Below, in pieces: positions 9,369-19,444 of a stretch of 64,000 nucleotides of DNA. The notes beneath the pieces were generated by a model, which did not search any database, was not told where the DNA came from, and saw nothing but the letters and a program-made list of their open reading frames with translations. The DNA lies in assembly GCA_038116375.1 (NCBI GenBank), contig JAYNUQ010000005.1:14036-78035 (forward strand). The letters are read 5' to 3'. This DNA comes from Candidatus Poseidoniales archaeon. Its GTDB lineage: Archaea > Thermoplasmatota > Poseidoniia > Poseidoniales > Poseidoniaceae. Every line of letters starts with the position of its first letter. Position 1 is the stretch's first letter. Position numbers and translations under genes: made by a program.

Positions 9369-10332
9369 TGAGGCTCGTGAATCGGTTCTTCAATTCCTCG
9401 AGCGCCATGTTGAAGGCGGTGACCGGGTCGAGACTGCCGTCGGTTTCGTAGGAGAAGACGTAGGCGCCTTCAACGGGTTCGAGGGTGATGGCGTCGTCGA
9501 AATCCTCCTCGCGTCCGGTCCCAGCACCGACCTGGTGGAGGGCCTTTTCGAGGTCCATCACGTGGTTGATGTCGGTCACTTTCTTGTCCTTTCCGAAGAG
9601 TTTGGCGTCGATGGCCTTGCCGTCGGTGGTGGTCAAACCAAGATCGAAGAGCACGCTGGCTTTCTTTGGCTTGTTGAGCACAGCCACGTTTTGAGGGCGG
9701 AAGCCCACCGCAGCGGCGGGGGACCACTTGGCGTGGTCCCGGCCTCGACCCAACACAGCGAAGGCGTAGAATTCGAGGAACTGACCTTTGGCGAGAACGG
9801 TCAGCGGGATTTGCTTGTGCTCATCGCGAATGTCAAAGACAGGGTCTGAAATGGTGGTGATGTCGCCAGCATAGACGGTTTTGAACTCTTCATCAGCATC
9901 CGAGGCGGGCCCTCGGGCGGAAAGGGTGTAGAGCACTTGGCACATGGGGCAACCCTTGTCCTTCTCGACAACGTCCATGCAGTTTTGACAGGCATCAGGG
10001 AACACCAACCCTTCGTCGAGGTTGGTGGGGATGGGGATCATGGCCAGTCGGTGTGCGAGCACTTCGTCGGGCAGAACGTTGACCGATTCCACGACCTCGC
10101 CCTTGTTGTCTTGCGTGACGCCTTGGGAGAAGTCAACTCGGGTGATGGCAAGTTTGGGGACATCAGCGATGAGTGCTCTTCGAATGGCGTTGACTTGCGA
10201 AGCATCGGTCTCGCTGATCAGAATACGAATTTCGTGGCCTTGTGGCCATCCTTCAACAATCTCGGTCTTCATTTCTTCACCTTCTTCATCAGACACGTCG
10301 GCCACGTCGGCCGCCCTTCTTCTTGGTTCCAT
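9340..10332 (-). CDS. rpoD: DNA-directed RNA polymerase subunit D (Rpo3)
   Basis: N-terminal dimerisation domain (…ASQVNAIRRALIADVPKLAI…). Internal Cys cluster (CQNCMDVVEKDKGCPMCQ). Position after S13-S4-S11 as in the conserved archaeal cluster. Confidence 0.9.
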   Translation of the reverse strand: MEPRRRAADVADVSDEEGEEMKTEIVEGWPQGHEIRILISETDASQVNAIRRALIADVPKLAITRVDFSQGVTQDNKGEVVESVNVLPDEVLAHRLAMIPIPTNLDEGLVFPDACQNCMDVVEKDKGCPMCQVLYTLSARGPASDADEEFKTVYAGDITTISDPVFDIRDEHKQIPLTVLAKGQFLEFYAFAVLGRGRDHAKWSPAAAVGFRPQNVAVLNKPKKASVLFDLGLTTTDGKAIDAKLFGKDKKVTDINHVMDLEKALHQVGAGTGREEDFDDAITLEPVEGAYVFSYETDGSLDPVTAFNMALEELKNRFTSLSDDLASALA

Positions 10333-10675
10333 CGTGAGCGATGGGAGTAACGTCTTCGATTCGGGTGATGGTCATGCCAGCACGGGTGAGGGCACGGATG
10401 GCGGCTTGAGCACCGGGTCCGGTGTTGTTTGAGAGGTTGCCTCCAGGGGCTCGGTATTTCACGATGAGTTCGGAGAATTCCTTGTCTTTCAAGGCGTCTG
10501 CCATGCGCTCGGCGGCTCGGGTGGCAGCAAATTGACCGCCTTTGTCCTTACCGGCCTTGACGACTTCACCGCCGTTGCAGGTGGTGATGGTTTCGGCTCC
10601 GGTCAAATCGGTGGCCGTCATCAAAATGTTGTTGTAGGAACTGAAGATGTTGACGATGGCTTTGCGGGACATCAC
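10289..10675 (-). CDS. rps11: 30S ribosomal protein S11 (uS11)
   Basis: 128 aa with GIVNIFSSYNNILMTATDLTGAETI…RAGMTITRIEDVTPIAHDGTKKKGGRRGRRV; canonical uS11. Confidence 0.92.
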   Translation of the reverse strand: MMSRKAIVNIFSSYNNILMTATDLTGAETITTCNGGEVVKAGKDKGGQFAATRAAERMADALKDKEFSELIVKYRAPGGNLSNNTGPGAQAAIRALTRAGMTITRIEDVTPIAHDGTKKKGGRRGRRV

Positions 10676-11322
10676 TCAGCACCTCCTTCGATTGCAGCCG
10701 TGGATGCTTCTCCCGCTTCGCGAACTTCTTCAGCGAATTCGGGTGTTGCCTCGGGGTCGACTTCGTCGTCCTCGTACGAGGCGGCTTCACGAACGCCTTC
10801 AATGGCTTGGCGAATGGGATGGTTTGGATCGTTCAAAGGTGAGGCGGGGTGGTAGCACAATTCGCCTTCCTCGTCGCGGCTCACGGCGTACGAGGGGATG
10901 GTGATTTTTTGGTCGCCGATGCAGATTTGGCCGTGCGTGACCAGTTGTCGAGCTTGCTTCATGGTGCAGGCGAACCCCTTGTAGTAAACTTGGGCCTGAA
11001 GACGTCGGTTGAGAACGTCTTCGGTGCTCAGTGAGAGAATGTCGCCGAGTTCAGCATCGGATTCGATGAGCCCTTTGTGGTGAAGAGAACGAAGCAGGTC
11101 TTCTCGCTCTCGCTTGCCGTGGCCTTCGGTGGTGTCCACGTTTCCAATGAGTCGCATGGCTTGACGTCGGTGGCGGCGAAGTTGGGACTTGGCCTTCCAA
11201 ATTTCCTTCATGTTCTTGAGACCATGATTGTCTTTGATGGCGTGTTCTTCCTCAATTCGGTCGGCCTTCCAAGGGTGGGAAGGGGTGTCGTATTTGGGTC
11301 GTGAAAACTTTGGCTCTCCCAT
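10672..11322 (-). CDS. rps4: 30S ribosomal protein S4 (uS4), archaeal, with an acidic C-terminal tail
   Basis: MGEPKFSRPKYDTPSHPWKADRIEEEH…; S4 RNA-binding domain (…QLVTHGQICIGDQKITIPSYAV…); 4-nt overlap with rps11. Confidence 0.92.
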   Translation of the reverse strand: MGEPKFSRPKYDTPSHPWKADRIEEEHAIKDNHGLKNMKEIWKAKSQLRRHRRQAMRLIGNVDTTEGHGKREREDLLRSLHHKGLIESDAELGDILSLSTEDVLNRRLQAQVYYKGFACTMKQARQLVTHGQICIGDQKITIPSYAVSRDEEGELCYHPASPLNDPNHPIRQAIEGVREAASYEDDEVDPEATPEFAEEVREAGEASTAAIEGGAE

Positions 11323-11337
11323 CTCAATTCCTCCTCA

Positions 11338-11805
11338 TCACTTGCTTCGGCTCACACCCAGCGTCAATCCGCCGCGGCCGTTGGAGCGTCCACGCTGACC
11401 GCGGACTTTGTTGCCAGAGGCGTGGCGAACGCCACGGTAGCACTTCATGGTTCGAAGGCGATCGATGTCGTCCTTCAGCGTGAATTTGACTTGCTGGCCC
11501 GTCAGATGGATTTCTTCACCTGTCTCGAGGTCGCGCTGACGGTTCAGCATCCAGAGGGGAACGCTTTCGGCGTAGGATTCAATGGCGAGGCGGAGTTGTT
11601 CTTGCTGGTCGGTGTCGAGGAACCCGGCCAGGTTGTAGGGGTCAAATCCTGTGTTCTTGCAGATTTGGATGGCGGTACGAGCACCAACGCCCTTGACGGA
11701 GGTCAAGGCCGTAGCGAGCGGCTTCAAGCCGTCCATGTCCGTGTCTGCCATTCGCAGAATGTATGAAAAGTCATCACCAAGGTCCTCATCCTTCGGTCGT
11801 GCCAT
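11338..11805 (-). CDS. rps13: 30S ribosomal protein S13 (uS13)
   Basis: …LTSVKGVGARTAIQICKNTGFDP… and C-terminal RGQRGRSNGRGG; canonical uS13. Confidence 0.92.
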   Translation of the reverse strand: MARPKDEDLGDDFSYILRMADTDMDGLKPLATALTSVKGVGARTAIQICKNTGFDPYNLAGFLDTDQQEQLRLAIESYAESVPLWMLNRQRDLETGEEIHLTGQQVKFTLKDDIDRLRTMKCYRGVRHASGNKVRGQRGRSNGRGGLTLGVSRSK

Positions 11806-11914
11806 ATCGTTTCCCTCAACGTTAACACCACAGTGTCACGCATCCCTCCGACCAACCTCCCATATATCAAGACCGCGATGATGACATTCGCGCCACTGAG
11901 CCGCGAAACGGGCC

Positions 11915-13213
11915 TCAAATCAGGGGCGTTTCCTCATCATCATTTTGGGAAACGCAGAGCAGCAAGACATTGGTGCTGTGGTGGCGGGCAACAAATCCGT
12001 CTCTGTCGCCATGCCGTCGGCGTAATTGGCGGTCGAGCGAACCCTGCAAAACGGGTTGAAGCGCAGGGTCGAGGTCATAGCGTAATTTGACCGAAGACAA
12101 TCGGTGGTCCAGCGCCACTTCCACCAGCCGGTCAACGGTGATCTCGTCAACCTGGAATTTCAAGACTTCAACCACCCGCCCCGAAGCCTGCACGAGCCAC
12201 CGGTCATCTGCGCCAAGCCTCAGTGGGCGGTCATGGTGAAGTTGAGGGCGCCTTCCCTCAACCGAGGCCCATCGCACATCGTTTCCCTCGGCAACATTGG
12301 CCAGCCATGCGGTTGCGAGCCCGCTTTCAATGAGCGCAGCGTCCAGGAGACTCACGTACTCGCCCCGCTTTGGGGGATGCGTTCGGCACACGAGTGCTTC
12401 ACGCGGTGCAGCAGTGGTGAGCACCAACGGCGATTCAGCCAGTGAGGTCGGCACGCGAACGAAACGGCGTTTCACATCCTTGCGGGCAATTCCTCCCAAC
12501 CAGAGGGCCAAGCGGTCCACTCGACCACGGCCCCGCGAGGTCCATTCCCATGTTGCTGCGATGCCGGGCCAAACCTCGTTCACGATGGCCTCCACCTCTT
12601 CCCGTTGGTCCGCTGTGAGTCTGGGAGAAAGGTCGAGCAGAACAGCGGGGCCATCATCGCTTGGTGTAAACAACGGGGCCCAGGAAGCCAGCACGGTATG
12701 AAGGGGAGGTTGCATTTCGCTGAGGTCGTGGGTTCGACTGTTTCGAGGCCGAGCAGGGTCCAAGTGAAGGAAAGCAACAGAGGGGGTGGTGATCCCGACG
12801 GCTGTCAACACCTCGGCAGCGGCGGTACCGTCGCCAGCGATGATTCGACTTTCATTGAACCAATACGATGCTGTTGCTTTGGTGTGCACGGCCACGGTGC
12901 GGAGGTTCATCGCACTTGCTCGGGCTCGCTCACCGTCCAACTCAACGCCCAAAACAGGCCGTTGCAGTGCTGTGCCGTAGGCTGCAAGCTGAATGCCGCT
13001 ACCGCAAGCGCAATCCAGCACGATTCCTTCAGGAAGCGTGTACTGCGCCAAGGCTTCTGCTCTGAGGGCAGCGACCTGCCACGGCGTAGCCAGTGGCCGA
13101 CCTTCGTTGGCGTGATAGAACAGCAGGCCTTTCGGGGCCGTTGCGTCTTGAGCAAATTCGACCAACCCTTCGGTGGTTGCTTCGGATGGAATGAACACGC
13201 GATGCAAAACCAC
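11915..13213 (-). CDS. Tgs1-like (RNA cap guanine-N2 methyltransferase family) SAM-dependent methyltransferase with a roughly 230-aa C-terminal extension
   Basis: …ATPWQVAALRAEA…VLDCACGSGIQLAAYG…VLGVELDGERARASAMN…IIAGDG parallels the Tgs1 motifs (TPE..IA / VVDAFCGVGGN / IDID / GDF). Confidence 0.6.
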   Translation of the reverse strand: MVLHRVFIPSEATTEGLVEFAQDATAPKGLLFYHANEGRPLATPWQVAALRAEALAQYTLPEGIVLDCACGSGIQLAAYGTALQRPVLGVELDGERARASAMNLRTVAVHTKATASYWFNESRIIAGDGTAAAEVLTAVGITTPSVAFLHLDPARPRNSRTHDLSEMQPPLHTVLASWAPLFTPSDDGPAVLLDLSPRLTADQREEVEAIVNEVWPGIAATWEWTSRGRGRVDRLALWLGGIARKDVKRRFVRVPTSLAESPLVLTTAAPREALVCRTHPPKRGEYVSLLDAALIESGLATAWLANVAEGNDVRWASVEGRRPQLHHDRPLRLGADDRWLVQASGRVVEVLKFQVDEITVDRLVEVALDHRLSSVKLRYDLDPALQPVLQGSLDRQLRRRHGDRDGFVARHHSTNVLLLCVSQNDDEETPLI

Positions 13214-13216
13214 ACC

Positions 13217-13837
13217 TCAGAGGGCGACGATGTCGGACCGGGTCAGCAGGGATTCGAACGGAATGCCCGCTTCGGCAAACGCCGCATCGGCTCCCTCCTC
13301 ACGGTCGAGAATGCTGATGACGGCGATGACCTTGCAGTCCGTATCTTGATGGATGCGTTCCACCGCGAGAATGGATGACCCGCCCGTGGTGGTGACGTCC
13401 TCGACGATGACGACGTTTCCTCCACCCTCCAGCGAGGTACCCTCGATGCCCGGTGGATTGTTGGTCTTTCGACCTCCTCGACCTTTTGGTGATTTTCTGA
13501 CCATGAATCCGCGTAGGTTGGCGTCTGCTTCAGGGGAAGCGATGACCAACGCCGTTAACGGCACGGCGCCCAATTCGAGGCCTCCCACAAGTTGCGCCCC
13601 CAAGTCGCTGATTCGCAAATTCAACAACCGACCCATGATGCTCGCCGCTTCAGGGTGCATCATCACCGGCTTGGTGTCAAAAAACCAACGAGACTGCCGT
13701 CCGCTGGCGAGCGTGAAGGCCGAATCGTCCCCGCCGTCCAAGAACGCCAGCTCGTGCACGTGCTTGGCCAACTGCGGCCAGTCCGGGTGGTTGCGAACAG
13801 CATCGTGAACGGCCATGGTTGTCTTTTTGGCCGTCAT
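13217..13837 (-). CDS. pyrE: orotate phosphoribosyltransferase
   Basis: Type-I PRTase PRPP loop VVIVEDVTTTGGS. OPRT-like FTLASGRQSRWFFDTK. Start set at the Met of MTAKKTT; the longer ORF start would abut polD. Confidence 0.8.
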   Translation of the reverse strand: MTAKKTTMAVHDAVRNHPDWPQLAKHVHELAFLDGGDDSAFTLASGRQSRWFFDTKPVMMHPEAASIMGRLLNLRISDLGAQLVGGLELGAVPLTALVIASPEADANLRGFMVRKSPKGRGGRKTNNPPGIEGTSLEGGGNVVIVEDVTTTGGSSILAVERIHQDTDCKVIAVISILDREEGADAAFAEAGIPFESLLTRSDIVAL

Positions 13838-13928
13838 GACATGAACTTTCCTTTCGAACCAAACCGAAGCATGGTTCCATTGAAGGTCACCGTGTTGATG
13901 ATAAAGGGTCGTCGTAAAGACAGGCTGA

Positions 13929-16900
13929 GTGAACATGGCAGAATCCAAGCAGACCGCAGAAGTGGGGAAAAGCAACCCGCTCATTGGTCTTGATTTGGAA
14001 CGCCTTGAGCGGGAGATGAACGCCTACCACGAGCGACTCGATGAGCGAGCAGACGATGCGTACCGCATTGCTGAGGCTGCACGCCAACAGGGGCTCGACC
14101 ACAAAGACCGGGTGGAAATTCCGCGAGCATCCGACCTTGCCGGGCGTACGGAAAAACTCCTGATTGAGCATCTTGAGGGCTATCCGGTTGCCGACGACAT
14201 TCGTGTTCTTTTGGATGAACACGACCGTGAAACAACGTCGATCATCATCGCTCAATCCGTCGCTCGAGGTTTTCGAGAGCAGGGTTTCGACCTTGAGAAA
14301 TCCATCGATGTGGGCCTGCGTGTTGGGTTGGCCGTCCTGACCGAAGCCGTTCTCGTTGCGCCGCTTGAAGGCATCAGCGAAGTCCGGTTGCTCAACAACG
14401 TCGACGGCTCCCAATTTGTTTCGGTTCACTTTGCAGGGCCGATTCGGGCTGCTGGAGGTACGGCCCAAGCACTCGCTGTGCTGATTGCCGACATGATTCG
14501 CCGGGAATTGAACATCGGTCATTACCAGCCAACCGACCCTGAGGTTGAGCGCGTCAAGGAAGAATTCGGGTTGTACCGGGGCAACTTGCAATACCGTCCA
14601 TCGCCTGAAGAAATCGACGAAATCGTGCGCGCCTGCCCTGTGATGGTGAACGGTGAATCCACCGAACGCATCGAATGCGCTGGGTACGGCAACGTCCGGA
14701 ACATCGACGAGGCCCGAATCCGTGGCGGTGTTCTTCTGGTCATTGGAGAAGGCATGTGCTTGAAGGCACCAAAAATCATGAAACACACAGAACGCCTCAA
14801 CCTTCCAGGTTGGGAATTTATTTCCAAATTTGCCAGCCGGGGCAAGGAGGTTGACTCGACGGATGCAGACGCCTTCAAGAGTCAACAAATCGAACCGATT
14901 ACCAAATTCATGAACGACATCATCGCAGGCCGGCCGGTGTTTGGAGGTCCTCTGCAGCCAGGGGGGTTCCGTCTTCGATACGGAAGGGCGCGCCCTTCAG
15001 GCCTCGCTGCCGCTTCGACCAACACCGCTTCCATGTTGGCCCTTGACGATTTTATTACCATCGGGACACAGATGAAAATCGAGCGCCCGGGAAAAGCTTG
15101 CGCCATCACGCCGTGCGATGAATCAGAAGGTCCGTGGGTCGTGCTGGAGGACGGCCGCTTCTTGCGAATTGACGAACCGTCTTCCTACGCCGCTGTGCGC
15201 CATCGTGTGAAACAGGTCTGGGATAACGGGGAACTGGTCATCGGATACGGTGAATTCATGGAGAACAACAAACGTCTGGTGCCGGCGGGATACACGATGG
15301 ACTGGTGGGCCAGCGACATGCTGGACAGCCTCTCGGACGACGACGACATCGCCTTTTTTGTTGATACACTCGGTGGTGTCCGTGAGGATTGGCCAACGGG
15401 AAGTCCCGGCCTTCCCCCTGCGGAAGCAGACGACCCTGATGCACAGTTTTGGGTGCGCTGCGACTGGCACGAGCGCCTGCGGCAAATTGACCTTTCATGG
15501 AAGGCAGCCCTCGCCTTTTCCCGCCGCTTTGCAACCTCGCTTCCACCGCCTCACAACCCGTGGTTCAAGGACCTCCCCATCGAGTGGCTTCCCGCTTTTC
15601 TTCGCCTGCTTGAATCGGCTGTCATTGAGCCTGCAACAACCCAAAGCGATGCACCCGAAGGCGCACGACCGCCCAGAGCAGAACGGCAGCTTCGCCTCCC
15701 CGAAGGTGGATTGAATTGGTCGTCGAACAAAATGGATGAATTGCAACCCGAAGTCCTCCCTGACCTGGCGACCTCAACCCTCCCTGGTCCCTCTTTCGAA
15801 ATGGAAGAGCCAACCATGTCCTCCATCCTACAGGAAGGATGGACGCTCCACCAACACGGTCTTGCAAAGGGTGCCGTGATGCTCCTGGGGCTCCCTCACC
15901 ATCACGACGGTGACGATATCGTGGTATCCGCAGGATGGGAATCTCTTCTGGAAGGCCTCGGGTTCTCCAGCGAGGGGAAGACGCCTCTGCGTCAAAAAAA
16001 TGCTTTGAAAGTGGTCGCAGACCGCTTAGGCTCGCTGCGTAAGGCAAAAACCATCCTCGACCAAGAACGCTCCAGAAAGGCGGAGTTGGAAAAGGAGCGT
16101 GCAACCATCCGCATCGCTTCGGAAACCGGGGCACGCCAGCGGGGCCTGGGCATCGCTGAAACCGATCGGGTGGGGCGCGAGGCTGCCGCTTCGGTTCCAG
16201 ACGAAGGGCCTGCCGACCCTGCTGCCTACGTTGCGGCACAGCGTTTGGAAGACGAGCATGCCATTGACGGCATCATGGTCCTGGTTCGCCAGCTTTCCGA
16301 CCTGCGTTGGGAACACAGCGCCCCCGTACGGGTCGGATGTCGCATGGGTCGGCCCGAGAAGGCTGCGCCGCGCGTGATGAATCCCATGTCCCATTCCTTG
16401 TTTCCCATCGAGTTGAACGGTGGTAATCAACGCCTGCTCAACAACGCCATCGACAAACGTACGATTCGGGTCCAACTCGGTCGTCGAACGTGCACGGTGT
16501 GTGAGCGAGAATCCCCCTACCTTCGTTGCCATCACCGGGCGGTGGACGCCCACGGAGAGTCCAAAGCGGGCGAAGCGTGTGGTGGACGAACCGAGGCCAA
16601 AGCCACGAAATCCAACGCCTACCGGCGGGGAGAGGTTCAATCTGTTCGTATGGACGACATGGTTGAGGACGCACGCATCCGTTTGGGTATTGACCGGTTG
16701 CCTGCTCAAGTCAAGTGCATGAAGAAATTGAACAGCCGTGACCAAACTCCAGAGGCCATCGAAAAAGGCATCCTTCGTGCCCGACACGGCCTTCCCGTTT
16801 TCCGCGATGGGACGGTCCGATACGACATGAGCGATGTTCCCATCACTCATTTCCGCCCCAGGGAAATCGGCGTCCCGTGGAAAACCCTCCACAGTTTGGG

Positions 16901-18032
16901 CTACACACACGATTTCCGTGGTGAGCCGCTCGACGACGATGAGCAAGTTTTGGAATTGTTCCCTCAGGACTTCATCGTGGCCAAGGGTGCTGCTGATTTC
17001 TTGCTTCGAACGGCGAAGTACATCGACGAACTTTTGGTACGGTTCTACAACATGCAGCCCTACTACAACGCTGACAAAGCCGACGACCTCATCGGTCATT
17101 TGATCTGTGCACTTGCTCCTCACACCAGCGGAGGGGTGCTGTCGAGAATCATCGGCTGGGCCGATTGTTCAGGGGGTTATGCTCACCCGCTTTTCCATGC
17201 TGCAAAGCGACGAAACTGCGATGGTGATGAAGACGCCATCATGCTACTCATGGACGGCTTGTTGAATTTCAGCAGGGACATTTTACCGGCCAACCGTGGC
17301 GGTCAAATGGATGCACCGCTGGTGTTGACCACCCGATTGAACCCCACCGAGGTTGACAAAGAAGCCCTCAACGTTGACGCAGCGTGGTTTTACGAGCGGG
17401 ATTTCTATGAGGCTACGCTTCAACAACCTCATCCCAAAGAAATTCAGGACCGAATGGATTTCGTCGAGCGCCGACTCGGAACCGTCGCCGCGGTTCGAGG
17501 TTATGGTTACACTCACGATTGCCATGCCCTTGACCGTGGGCCAGCCCTCTCGGCCTACAAAACGCTCGAAACCATGATTGACAAAATGAACGGGCAATTG
17601 GCCCTTGGTCATCGCTTGCGTGGTGTGAACGTACGTCAAGTGGCCTCCAGCGTGGTGCGCTCTCACTTCTTACCGGACCTACGGGGGAATCTCAATGCCT
17701 ACGGGCGTCAAAAGGTTCGCTGCCTCAAATGTGCTCATTCCTATCGTCGCATGCCCCTCTCAGGCAGTTGCATCCAGCCGAAAAAGGAGACGGGCCGAGG
17801 ACTTTCCAGCATGGGTGTGGCGAAGGCGGAAGGGGGGCTGTGCAACGGCAATCTTGCGCTGACGGTTTCGGAAGGTGCCGTTCGCAAGTACATCGAAGTC
17901 ATGCGGTTTGTTATGGACCACTACGGCGTGGATTTGTACACGCGTCAAAATGCTGACTGGTTGGCTTCAAGTGCTGACTCTCTGTTTAACAACGACCGTG
18001 CAAAACAACTCTCGCTTTCTGATTTCCTGTGA
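13929..18032 (+). CDS. polC: DNA polymerase II (PolD) large subunit DP2
   Basis: 1367 aa. Conserved N-terminal DP2 region. Zn-finger (CTVCERESPYLRCHHRAVDAHGE…CGGR). Catalytic double-psi beta-barrel region. C-terminal CxxC…C Zn module. No intein signature seen. Confidence 0.95.
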   Translation: MNMAESKQTAEVGKSNPLIGLDLERLEREMNAYHERLDERADDAYRIAEAARQQGLDHKDRVEIPRASDLAGRTEKLLIEHLEGYPVADDIRVLLDEHDRETTSIIIAQSVARGFREQGFDLEKSIDVGLRVGLAVLTEAVLVAPLEGISEVRLLNNVDGSQFVSVHFAGPIRAAGGTAQALAVLIADMIRRELNIGHYQPTDPEVERVKEEFGLYRGNLQYRPSPEEIDEIVRACPVMVNGESTERIECAGYGNVRNIDEARIRGGVLLVIGEGMCLKAPKIMKHTERLNLPGWEFISKFASRGKEVDSTDADAFKSQQIEPITKFMNDIIAGRPVFGGPLQPGGFRLRYGRARPSGLAAASTNTASMLALDDFITIGTQMKIERPGKACAITPCDESEGPWVVLEDGRFLRIDEPSSYAAVRHRVKQVWDNGELVIGYGEFMENNKRLVPAGYTMDWWASDMLDSLSDDDDIAFFVDTLGGVREDWPTGSPGLPPAEADDPDAQFWVRCDWHERLRQIDLSWKAALAFSRRFATSLPPPHNPWFKDLPIEWLPAFLRLLESAVIEPATTQSDAPEGARPPRAERQLRLPEGGLNWSSNKMDELQPEVLPDLATSTLPGPSFEMEEPTMSSILQEGWTLHQHGLAKGAVMLLGLPHHHDGDDIVVSAGWESLLEGLGFSSEGKTPLRQKNALKVVADRLGSLRKAKTILDQERSRKAELEKERATIRIASETGARQRGLGIAETDRVGREAAASVPDEGPADPAAYVAAQRLEDEHAIDGIMVLVRQLSDLRWEHSAPVRVGCRMGRPEKAAPRVMNPMSHSLFPIELNGGNQRLLNNAIDKRTIRVQLGRRTCTVCERESPYLRCHHRAVDAHGESKAGEACGGRTEAKATKSNAYRRGEVQSVRMDDMVEDARIRLGIDRLPAQVKCMKKLNSRDQTPEAIEKGILRARHGLPVFRDGTVRYDMSDVPITHFRPREIGVPWKTLHSLGYTHDFRGEPLDDDEQVLELFPQDFIVAKGAADFLLRTAKYIDELLVRFYNMQPYYNADKADDLIGHLICALAPHTSGGVLSRIIGWADCSGGYAHPLFHAAKRRNCDGDEDAIMLLMDGLLNFSRDILPANRGGQMDAPLVLTTRLNPTEVDKEALNVDAAWFYERDFYEATLQQPHPKEIQDRMDFVERRLGTVAAVRGYGYTHDCHALDRGPALSAYKTLETMIDKMNGQLALGHRLRGVNVRQVASSVVRSHFLPDLRGNLNAYGRQKVRCLKCAHSYRRMPLSGSCIQPKKETGRGLSSMGVAKAEGGLCNGNLALTVSEGAVRKYIEVMRFVMDHYGVDLYTRQNADWLASSADSLFNNDRAKQLSLSDFL

Positions 18033-18653
18033 TCAGCGAATCGGGTCTCGCCAAGGCGAATCGTTCTCCTCCCAAATGAGTGGGTCTTCTTCGTTGGAGA
18101 GCGCACGAGACTTGAACGGCACTTTGGATGTTGCAGGGGCCTTGGGTGTGGGGGTCCGCCGGGCATACCAGGCACGAACCCCTTGTTCGCCCCACGCAAG
18201 TGCGATGAGCAGCAACGTGAGAACGAGATGCCCCATGCCTTGAATGGCTGCGAACGGCTGCAAATCCAATCGTTGCTCGACCAGGACTCCTTCTTCAACC
18301 AAGGTTTCGATGGTGTAAGACCCGGGTTCCAATTCTCCGTCCCAAACGGGAACATCATCGGTGAGCAAGCCCGACCATGAAAACACGGCCGTCGCGTTGT
18401 CCTTTTTTATTGAAAAACTGACGTTGGCTTGGTCAACGGTTGTGCTCTTGAAGGAGGTGGTGAAGGTGGCAGGGATGGGGGATGATGAGCCAAACACAGG
18501 GGAGATCTCAACCTCTCGAATCGTCTGAAATTGTTCGTTGGCGTTGACCTCGTTTGGGGCGCTCTGGCCAGCGACGTTCATCCAGAGGGCGTTGATCAGC
18601 ACGACAGCCACCACCCAGAGCAGGGTGTTTTGCAGCGGTCTGCGACCTTCCAT
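18033..18653 (-). CDS. hypothetical membrane/secreted protein
   Basis: N-terminal TM/signal (LLWVVAVVLINALWMNVAG) and second TM (HLVLTLLLIALAW); basic C-terminal tail. Confidence 0.45.
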   Translation of the reverse strand: MEGRRPLQNTLLWVVAVVLINALWMNVAGQSAPNEVNANEQFQTIREVEISPVFGSSSPIPATFTTSFKSTTVDQANVSFSIKKDNATAVFSWSGLLTDDVPVWDGELEPGSYTIETLVEEGVLVEQRLDLQPFAAIQGMGHLVLTLLLIALAWGEQGVRAWYARRTPTPKAPATSKVPFKSRALSNEEDPLIWEENDSPWRDPIR

Positions 18654-18709
18654 GGGAGACTGTGCAGAACGGTCTTCTTATGCTTATGTTCTGCAACGGG
18701 GTTCTCAAA

Positions 18710-19444
18710 TCAAGGCTTGGTTTTGGTGTTCCATGACTTGTCGAGGAGGTTGAGAACCCGTTCCATCCACATCAATTTCTCCAACTTCCGTTGTGGATCG
18801 GTGCTTCCCGACCAACCACCGACGTGGTCAACGGCATAGCCCACATAACATACCCGGTCAAGTGGAACACCGAGAGCAGACAAAAGGCACGCTGCTCGGT
18901 CACCGTCGGTGAATCCTCCAACGTTGTGCATGCCTGGGAAGTGCTCGTCGGTTTGGTGGGTGAGGACAAGCGGAACCCCTCCATGGCTTGCCCAGTGTTT
19001 GAGGCAGTCCTTCCAACGCCCGACATTATCACCGTGGGCGTGGACGATGAGGGGGATGCCGTGTTCGGCCGCTCTGGATAAGTGAGGCCCACCATCGAGG
19101 TCGGTCACCACGCAAAGCACGTCCACGCGGTCAAAGCACGCCCCTACGGCTCCGTCAGCGGCAACGAAGACGGTGTTGTCCATCCACGGTCGGTCAAGGT
19201 CGTCACCCTTCACGGCCGCACCGACCAACACGATTTGGCTGGCCTGGTGAAGCTGATGGTGCAAACGAGCAAGCGTACCATGACGAGATTCAGCGGACCA
19301 CCCGAGTTCGTTGGCTTGAGGGTGCCCATCGCACGCTTGAAGCAGGCCTCGGGCACTCGCAACATCGTCGTCGTGCGTCCACTCAAAATGACGACGCACA
19401 TCGTGTTGAAGGGCGACCGACGGTGCATGCGGCGCGAGCCTCAT
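18710..19444 (-). CDS. MptE-like (DUF115) putative 6-hydroxymethyl-7,8-dihydropterin pyrophosphokinase
   Basis: C-terminal two-thirds (VFVAADGAVGACFDRVDVLCVVTDLDGG…HAHGDNVGRW…GGFTDGDRA) resembles the archaeal MptE family. Start moved to an internal Met; the long ORF start would overlap priL. Confidence 0.4.
   Translation of the reverse strand: MRLAPHAPSVALQHDVRRHFEWTHDDDVASARGLLQACDGHPQANELGWSAESRHGTLARLHHQLHQASQIVLVGAAVKGDDLDRPWMDNTVFVAADGAVGACFDRVDVLCVVTDLDGGPHLSRAAEHGIPLIVHAHGDNVGRWKDCLKHWASHGGVPLVLTHQTDEHFPGMHNVGGFTDGDRAACLLSALGVPLDRVCYVGYAVDHVGGWSGSTDPQRKLEKLMWMERVLNLLDKSWNTKTKP

Noticed and set aside
16026-17123. 365-aa ORF antisense to polD, and similar long antisense/alternate-frame ORFs throughout (e.g. 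5108..5716, 6495..7019, 9277..9849, 12605..13378, 13887..14888, 42946..43785)
   Set aside because: They lie entirely inside strongly supported genes on the other strand and carry Arg/Pro/Gly-rich low-complexity translations typical of stop-poor frames in high-GC DNA. They have no motifs and no independent start context.
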